Shown here in pieces: positions 54,331-64,000 of a DNA stretch of 64,000 bases. The notes beneath the pieces are model-generated. The model saw only the letters and a program-made list of their open reading frames with translations, did not search any database and was not told where the DNA came from. Position 1 is the stretch's first letter, and every line of letters starts with the position of its first letter. Source of the stretch: Chrysomallon squamiferum (taxonomy: Eukaryota; Animalia; Mollusca); the NCBI GenBank assembly GCA_012295275.1, contig CM022672.1, positions 30,504,001-30,568,000 on the forward strand, in the 5' to 3' direction. Position numbers and translations under genes: made by a program.

Positions 54331-55993
54331 AAAATATATTATTATTATTATAAAAGTTATTATATTACTGAAATTCAATTATGTAATTTTCACTTAAAAA
54401 TCTTTGAAGTAATAACTAATATATCACTTTTAATTTAATGATTAACGTTATTTGAAATGTCAACATACTTTTTTTTTCTTTTTTTTAAAATATAGCAGGA
54501 AGTCATTTCATTATTAATTTCATTATGTTTTCGTAGGTGTTTGGGATGATGATGCTTATAAAAGTATGAAGCAGGGAACCTTCCAGAGGCAGATTTTTAA
54601 AAATAAAAGTCAACATGTTTATTATTATATTTATTTATTAATTTAATTATATATATATTTTTTATTATTATTTGTTTATTTATTTGTCTTTTTTACATTT
54701 TTTTTTGGCTTTTTTTTATTCAATTATTATTAATTTTTCTTCAATTAATCTTATTGTTTTGGGGTTGTTGTTTTTGCTGAGTGGTTCTACTTGCCTCTTT
54801 TACTAATGGAAACAGGTTTGTGATAAAAGCTAATCCGAGTATTGTATTCTTCTCTTGACTTTCCACTTATTGTGTACATCTCACCCAATTCAACTGAGAG
54901 ATCTTATTAATAATGTTTCAATTCAAATACCAGTAACGTGTTAATTCTGATTCAGAGTTACAATTCCTGTAATTCTTAATTTGAATTTACCTACATAAAT
55001 AATTATATGTAGCAATCTATTTTTCTGTCTGTATTTGTATATAGTGCAACATGCATTTTGACTCAGTGTAGCAGTTCTTGTAAATCATAATTTAAGCATA
55101 TAAACAGAAATAATTATATCTGTTTATCCATTTATGTCTGACTATATTTATAGATATATTAATAGGCAGTTTTATTTAAAATAATATCTAATGGAAGATT
55201 GGATTGATGTGAATGATGGCCCTAAAATATTTCTAAATGTCCATATATTTTCTTCAACTTGCTTTAAAGATCTGATATATATAATTAAATTAGCATTCAG
55301 TTAAAAAAGAAAACATCATGTGGAAAGATTATCCATAACAGCATTTTAACTTTGGTGGTTTATTTAGTTCACACAGCTTTTCATTCATTAAAATTAACCT
55401 TGTATGAACAGATTGTTGAATTACCAATAACGAAAAAATGTTCATGTTATTTTTTATGTAATTACCATTTTCAGCTTGTGCCATCTTTTCCAAATCAAAC
55501 TACATAAAGTCTGGACAGAGCTGAGGAAACTTGCCTGTTGTTGAACAATTCACCTCAGATGAAGAATATGAAGTGAGGATTATTTTACTGCTTAACATTA
55601 ACTACATTATTATTCTACTTCATGCTCAGAGAAATCACTACCTAATTCTTCAAAAGATATCTCTTCAGTATAATAAAAATTATAAATATTAAACTTTATA
55701 TCAAAATATTAATTTGATCCATAGAAGTGGGAAAAACTGTTGTTAAAATAATGTTGAGAAAATGCTACAGATATTTCATTAAACATGGGAAATATTTTAA
55801 ACAAAATCATAATAAAAAAATAAAGTAACCAATAAAAATACTTTTTAAAAAAGTATTTTATTTGTGGCTCTTATTATTAATTTTTTAATATTTTATTTCT
55901 TCCATTTCACCTAGTTACTTCATATCATAAAATAATGTCAAGCTGTATTAATCTTACATTTTTATTTTCTTTCAATGAACTCACTGAAAATTT

Positions 55994-57988
55994 TTAGCAT
56001 GTACCAAGTGAACAAGTTGAGTTTTTTGTGTCCCAGACAGATCCTGGTGGACAAACAAGGTTGTACGCCACACCATGGATACACTGGACGAAATCACGAC
56101 AAGTCTTTCCAGGTAAGATGACAACTCCTACTTTAGGACAGCCATCTGAAAAGGATGATAGTCATCAATAAATGCCTGTAATAATCATCATCATCAGACC
56201 TATGTCAATCACTGACAAACATTTTGTTAATATATATTCCAACTAAAACGTTTTCTAATATACACATAGATGTGCATATTAATAGAATATTGATATATAT
56301 ATATATATATATGTGTGCACACAAACAAGACATATGCATGTAGAGACACCTGTACTCGTTTATTTATTATGAAACAGAAAATTAAAATTTATATGAGGTT
56401 TTCGAAGAATGTGGCCCTCAAAATTAACCACTGATATAGTAATATTCTAAACTAAATAATTAATTATTAAAATGTTTTATGCTTATCAACTTCAACACTT
56501 AATTTTCTACAAAGCGCTGTCTACTGAAAATAATGGATAAGTGTATATTAAATTACTTGGACATGCTTGCTGATTACAGCTGTATGATTCGTTTTCAGTT
56601 TTGGATCCATAGCACGAATGTCCACCATAGGCAGGCACTGGATTAGTGCAATTTCTGCTCCTGCTTCCCGCACGAATTCCACCTCCACAAGTTTTGCTGC
56701 ATTCATCGTATGTCCAATCTGACCAAGATGCCCACCCACCATCCACTGTAAAATAAAGAGTATATTAGAATTTACAAGTGAAGAATCAGATGAAGCCAAG
56801 AAAAGCCTATTCTGTTGACAGCTCATTTTAGGGTCACTGATTTAATTACTTATATATATTCACTGATTCTTATGTACTAATTCATATATGAGCTTGCCTA
56901 CTTATATCTTTATTAATTCATTTATATACTTATGTACTAAATTAATCCTTAAAGACTTACATAGATATATATTTATTTGTCCACTTACATATCTATACAC
57001 TAATATATAATTTTACTAGGTATTTCCATATATTCAGAATCACAAATTTGTTTATATGCTTTTGTACATGCTTGCTTTCATATTTACATATATAGTTGCA
57101 TACGTATATGTGTATATATGTATTCCAACTAAAACGGTTATTAACGTTCACACATAGATGTGTATATTAATACAATATTTATATATATATGCACACACAC
57201 AAAACATATACATGTAGACATATCTATGCTCGTTTATTTATTATGAGACAAAAAACTTACAACTTATATGAGGTTTTCGAAGAATGTGGCCCTCAAAATG
57301 AACCAAAGACATGCCATATATAATTTTTATATTACTTACATTAATATAAGACTCACCTCCACATTTGTTTGTATTGCAAATCACTTTCCGGATCTCGAAA
57401 CTGGACCCCTTACAGTATCTTCCACAATATCGAGGTGATGGGTTGTTGCACGACCTAATCCTATTCTGAACTTTGATTCCAGATCCACATGACCTAGAAC
57501 ATTCACTGATGTCAACCCAGGAAGACCAGCTGCTCCAGCCACCATTAACTAATCATAAATAAGATATTTAAGTTTATAACAAATGTAAATTTCGCCTCAT
57601 ATTATGTTTAGGAAGTAAGAACTTCAATTTATCCACTGGGCTATTGCCCATTTCTTCAAGTACCTCATGAAGTACTTAACAAATATACTGGTATGTGTTT
57701 TTCTAACAACAAAAATGTGAAGCATTTAAAGGATTATTCATGGTGATTTTGTGAAAAGTGGTGACTGATGTATTTTCTAATCTTTCCTTTTTTCTTTCCT
57801 TTTTTCTTCAGAAATTTGAAAGTTACAACAAAAGGCTAATATTGCTGAGTTCTACTTACTTTCAGATGCTGCTCTTTAACAGGTTATGTTGTTGAGTTAT
57901 ACTTACTAGAATGAACTGTCCGAAAAAGCCACCAGGCTTCACAAGAGACGAAGAATACATATACTATTAACAGTGTAAACAGTTTCAT
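55994..57988 (-). CDS. Copy F: secreted protein with 2 TSRs and a chitin-binding domain, 204 aa
   Basis: Exons 57907-57988 ([27 protein letters not shown]), 57357-57548, 56557-56745 and 55994-56145 ([49 protein letters not shown]). 615 nt open. No subtype-3 TSR exon. Confidence 0.88.
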
Positions 57989-58260
57989 CTATGAGAAAAA
58001 CAGAAAGAAAATATAGAGATACAGATATGTATACACACATATATAATAGCTAGACACAAACAAATACTAACACACATATATAAAGATGAAATCTGGTCAC
58101 AAAAAGAAATATCTTCCAACATCATTAAAAAAAGGATAAACATAGCCACCCTAAATAAATAAAAATTAAAAATAAATTAATGAAAATAAATTATTACAAA
58201 TATTAAACAAAGAACGAAAGCAAAAGAAATAATTTTAGCTAGAAGTAAAGTATAATTTAC

Positions 58261-58355
58261 CTTCGGATTCCGGATGGTTTGGATCTGTTGTATGTACAAA
58301 TTTAAAAACTACATATAGATAAATGGTGAGGATTGTAACACAATGACTGGGAACA
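58261..58355 (-). promoter_or_regulatory. Putative first exon and core promoter of copy F
   Basis: Homologous to 9468-9560; donor at 58260. Confidence 0.55.
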
Positions 58356-59194
58356 CACACTGACACAGAGAACTGGCAAAATGAAATCAATACATAGATA
58401 CCAGTTTGAGATAAGACAGAACCACCTTAAACTAACTCACACTGGAGACATCTGTTGTTGTATCAAATATTTGCTTTATATTAAGTTACTCTTGATGAAA
58501 AAGAGATATCGTTGGAAATATTTAAAATGTTGTTTTAATATTCAAATAAATGTCTCGTGGACATATAAAGTAGAGCATAACAGTTCCAGGATCACTTCAC
58601 CTAATGTGATATTTGGGTTATTTTCTCGTTTGTACTAAAGCTCCGTGTCGTTTCTTTCAGATCAACAGTATGTTAAAAAATTAAGTCCGACCCCAATTGT
58701 CAGTAATAAAATTCTTGTAATATCTTCATACAAATACTCATTCCTATAATTATTCATATGAACAGGAACTACTACAGTTTCTCAACACAGTCTTTCATTG
58801 GTTTCACTCTTCGGTTTTAATTTCTATCACCACGTTATCTTGCTGTTATCAAAAGACATATTAGAATAATTAAAACCTTTGACTCATCAATGGTAATTTC
58901 AAAAGGTTAGTTTTACAGGGTTCCTTAAATTATTTGTTATGGTATTCAGTCCTACTGAAATTTCTATGAGCACATTATAACACTGTCGTGATAGGCTAAA
59001 AACCAAATTAGGATAATTAAAACCTTTGACTCACAAATGGTAATTTCAAAATGTTACTTTTACAGGATTCTTTAAATGACTTGTTATTGTATTCAGACTT
59101 ATTGAAATTACGCAGACAACAATAAGATTTTAATCAAGACTATGATGTTTTTAAGATAACTACTTAAAAACAATAAATATAATAATAATAATAA

Positions 59195-59225
<31 letters not shown>

Positions 59226-62200
59226 AAAAAGAAGAAGAAGAAGAAACATATCTATATATACTTATGTAAGACAAGTGCTTTGTGATGCTTTATATATGTT
59301 GCCACCATTAATCTATCACTGTACATTAGTAGTCAGAAATAACAATTCCACTCACAAGGTGACAGTCTCATTCAAAAACAACCATTTACAAACTATATTA
59401 AGAACATTTTAATAGTTATCTTTGTCAGGAATGTACAACCCAAATCTTTGTTCGTATTTAAAGAGTACCTTTGCTGACAAGTTACATTTCACATTTTCTT
59501 TCTTGCTGTCCAGTGTTAATAATGAAGTATAAAAACAAGAGAATAGTTTTAAAGTATCTGACCGCCACTATTTTTGCTTTGGAATAACATTATCATGTAC
59601 AGGGATGGGGTGAACCACTGAAGCTACTAATCTCATTTAGGCAAAATAACCTGACAAGAGAAACATATACCATAAATGTATTCACTCAGTGAACAGAGTA
59701 AACAATATGGATTGCCTTTTACACTTAAAAATATGTGATGATTTCTTTCTATACTAGAAAATGTAAGCGAGTTTGGTATCAAGATTAGGAATGAATTAAT
59801 AGAAACAGTACCTTGTCATTTTATGATACTAACAATTGTTTTCTGTCATTCATATATGCATATTTGTATATTTATGTACAGTTGCACGTAGTAACGTTTA
59901 TCATAATATGATGTCCCGCTTCAGGTCTCGTGAGAAAGGTGTAGAGAATCAGTCCTTTGACCATCTGTTGCTTTGGCCATCATCTCTCTTTCAGCTTTGT
60001 ACCGTTTATCAGTGTTAAAATTTTGATTTTTGAAACCTCAAACTACATCTAGTATTGATCCATTCTTCAACGTTGCAAATATTAAGAAACAGTATCTATC
60101 ATTGTTTAAAGGTCACGGAACTTAAGGTGTTACTGAAATAAAATATTTTGTGAAATATCTTTAAAACTGACATTTGAGCAATTTAGTTGTCAATTATTTA
60201 ATGCAATCGGTCAAAAACACACAATTGTGTTCAACAGCTGGGTTCACTGTTTGCAGTTTCTATGAGAGATAATACATGAACGTTGCATCATCCATAAAAT
60301 CAGGGCAGATCAAGGATTTCAGGACCGTGTCTAAAATGTTATGTACTGCTCTGGTGAGTGCAGTCAAATTAAGTATTTGTTGCTGATGTTTCTTTTAACA
60401 GAAATGGAACATTAGCAACAAATTTCACATCTTAAAGCTATCCAGAATGGTTTGACATTAAATTTTGAAAAATATTAAGAAATTTTCCTCATGGTATTTA
60501 ATAGTAATTATTAATGACTATTTATAATGCACTAACAAAATATAATATTCTTTCGATTTTGATAATCCAGTTATGGCAGAATCGCTAATTGCGGAATATG
60601 ACAAAGTGCTCTTTTAAATAAAAAAGAAACTGTTCATAACTGTATTAATTAATTTAATTCAGACATAATCCTTATATATGTATTATTACTAATATAACAA
60701 AATCCAAATCAATATCATTGCATAAAGAGTATATTTATATAAAATTAACTATATTTGATATCTGTTATCGCCCCCTCCCCTTCAAAACATACACAGTACG
60801 GTTCCCATCCAATCTAATTTTACAGCTGTACATTTAAGGACACATATTTTAAATTTAAAAAGAAGCAAAAACAAATTAAAATTAAATTAAAAATTAAAAT
60901 TAATTTTTATTTTATTTTAATATACATACAGCAAGGGAACAAGTTTGTTTTTGAGGTTAGTCATATTTAATATATTTATTCTAATTCTTTTTCCCATTGG
61001 TCAACATACGTGATAAATCAAACAGTATATGTCCGCTGTCATGGGCTACCAGGATATACTGTGATGACTTTCTCCCTTTAAGTGACATCTCGGCATAGAG
61101 CAACACGTGTATGACATTGTTGTAAATTAAACAGGATCTTCTCGTTGTTAGCAATGGTTTTAAACAATGTTGTCACTGGACCAGTACAGATTCAGCAACC
61201 TATCCAACGGCAGATAACTCACAAGTTCCCATCATACATTTGCTTTTTATCCTACTGGCGTTAAAGAACATTGCTTTGATTATGCATTGTATAGTGTACA
61301 TCTATGTGCAGGACAATTATACACGCCTATGTAAGGGCCTCCAAAAAGGAATTAGCTAATAGGATTGTTGTAGCACATCTCACTTTGGCCAACTCTGATG
61401 TTAACTGTGAAGTTAAGCGTAAATGTTAAATTCACGAACCGAACTCGTATCGTCCAATCTCGCGTGTGTAATCAAATACACAGTTCTATAATATTCTGTT
61501 TGTGTTGAATAATCATAAACTTTAATAAATAAAATACATTTTTACTTTTTTTTATTTTATGAGATGTTATAGACATAATGGTATACCTGCACACATACAC
61601 ACACGTACTTAATACATGTTAAAATTAAAACAGTGTCATAGTTATTTTATTAAACATTATGATTATTAATCAAACTAAATAAAATATGTAGACATCTGCA
61701 TAGATCTACATAGAAACATAAACTGAAAAAGGTACATGAACTCAAATCAGATGTGATATATGTATATACATATAGGCACATTACATATATTTTCTCAAAT
61801 TTTAAAACGAATTTACACGAGTAAGGCCATTTATAATATCCGTTATTGGCCAAAATTAAGTTACTGGCTCTGATAAAGTCAAAATCAATATTAGATGTCG
61901 AAACTCACTGTTCCGTAAAACTCGCCTGCATCTTGTCAATGAGTGCTCGGCTGTGACACCTGTCAATCAAATGTCCGGCGGAAATGTCGTCTGAAACGGT
62001 GTAAACAGATAATGACAGTTCGCAAAATTACTAAGTCGTAGTTTTTATCGCTTTGAATTCCATAGTGTACAGTTGAGTTAAAATACGGACTTAAATGCCA
62101 GTTGTTTCACTGAGATCCGATCATTAGATTAATTAAAATAAAATAAACAAAATAAAACGAGAAACGACATTTGAAAGTACAGGATTGTCTGCCCCTGAGA

Positions 62201-63295
62201 GGAAAGTGGGAGGGATGAATGAATTGATTATTTAGCGCGGAGGTCACTCAGTGATAAGGTATAATGCTAGGGTCAAATGGGCAAGTTCAATGAGGACAAA
62301 TAAAATATTTTGTAAAGTCTCTTGACTATTTTCAGAAAACAAACGCGTTACAAAAAGTATGATCGGAAAGAAAAATGTTCAGTCTTTTTAACAACAATAG
62401 AAGTTCAGCTTAAAGCAACTACACGAACTCGTTGCTATCGTGTTTTCTGCCGAACGGCGCATTAATTGATGGCCATTGAGGCCGGTTCACTCCCGAGTCT
62501 GGAAACGACTGACGAAGCCGATTCTCAGCAACCAGAATCTCCCGAATTCTGTTTCATGGTTCTTGACTGTGAGCAAAATGACCATACTTTTCATAAACTG
62601 TCAACTGAACCATCATAAAATTACTATTTAAGTGATTAAGTCTGGGTTAAAATGATATCGAAGCTAGTTACGTATACACTGTTTAACTCTGTCTCCACCT
62701 TGGTCAATAAATCTCAAAGTTGTTTAGGCATGATATTAGTTACAGACTGTGTGTTGGAAGAGGCCTTCAGCACAGGTTTTTTAAAGTTCATTTATTTCTG
62801 ATGACAAAAAAAGCTAAATATACATGGTCACGTGACGCCACTTTCTTAGCTACTGTTGTGGAAAAAAAAAAAAAAAGAGTGAGAAAATGACTTTTCATTT
62901 GTAATTGTTTACTCTGTAGTAAGTTGTGGCAGTGCCTTGGAAATAATATTGAAAATAATTGTGAAATAAATGTGTTCTGCTCTGAAGCTATTTGAATGAC
63001 AACTTGGAATTTGTTTTATAATTGAAATCAAGATAAAAATATGTACAGTAATAATTAGGAATCATTGCTGTATTTCCAAAACAGAAAATGTGCTTAGAGT
63101 CCCTCAAAAACTACATATTCTCTCTTTGATATAATTAATGTTATTAATTTTGAAGATAATGAACAAAAATATAAACAAAATGTTTTCTGTTTTTAGTACC
63201 ATATCTCTGTCTTATTTTCCATTTTCTTACATTTTTATCTTCTTCAGAAATGTATTCATTTGTTTGCATGTTTGGAAGACACAATAATTTCATTA

Positions 63296-63580
63296 CAGGT
63301 TGAGGGTCCGTTATCTGAAATTCCGAAATCCGAAAAGCTTCGAAAAGCACAAATAGTGGTATCTTCTAGTTTTAGCAGTATTTTGCAAACACTAACATCA
63401 TTTTATGCCACAAAATTATTATAAAATATTTGTATAAGCTGTATATGAAATTTAGATGGAATTCGTGTTTAGACTTAGATCCTATTCTCAGGCCATCTTC
63501 TTGTATTCCAAAATTCGAGACATTCTCAAATCCGATACAGTTCCGACCCTGAACATTTCGGACGAACAATTCTCAGACTA
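63296..63580. mobile_element. Tigger-derived MITE copy
   Basis: ta|caggttgagggtccgttatctgaaattccgaaatccgaaaag...; paralogue of 14966 and 40021. Confidence 0.72.
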
Positions 63581-63640
63581 GTTATTTGTTCTAGGAAGTG
63601 TTGGTCTTTCTAGAGTTATTTCCCTTCCATTCAGCTCTTT

Positions 63641-63675
<35 letters not shown>

Positions 63676-64000
63676 TTATTATTATTATTTTAATGCCCTG
63701 TAATAACATTATGATATATAGTTTTTGATTGTCAATTTTCTTTTGTTGTTATCTGTAACATTTTATTTTATTTATTTATTTGTTTATCTTAAATGATATT
63801 TCAGTTTACTGAAGAGTGAAGAAAAAGACAAAAGTCTACATGGAGATAAGAATAAATTGTCTAATCAATTTTGTTTATGCGTCAGTATTATTATTTGCTG
63901 TTATATGTGATCCATCTTCACTAATAACGAAAACTACTAAAATAAAGTAAGTAACAAAAGAATTAACGCCGCGATTTTATTATTTCCCAACCGGAACTGT

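Overview
AT-rich, intron-containing animal DNA (probably invertebrate; the species cannot be identified from this window). A tandem array of six minus-strand paralogues (A-F, left to right) spans most of it. Each encodes a secreted protein built from phase-1 exons: signal peptide plus a short Trp-rich, mostly basic variable peptide, then 2-16 thrombospondin type-1 repeats (TSRs, one per exon, three subtypes), then a C-terminal six-Cys chitin-binding peritrophin-A/CBM14-like domain. Two gene lineages alternate (A/C/E and B/D/F), forming a higher-order unit of about 18-26 kb. B, D and F are intact. A runs off the window start. C has 16 TSR exons, two of them frameshifted. E is a pseudogene lacking its promoter. 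Between genes are Tigger/pogo transposon relics and MITEs, a decayed fibrinogen-domain gene, an inverted insertion, microsatellites and a 200-N gap. All exon boundaries, translations and difference counts were read by hand; no database search was run.
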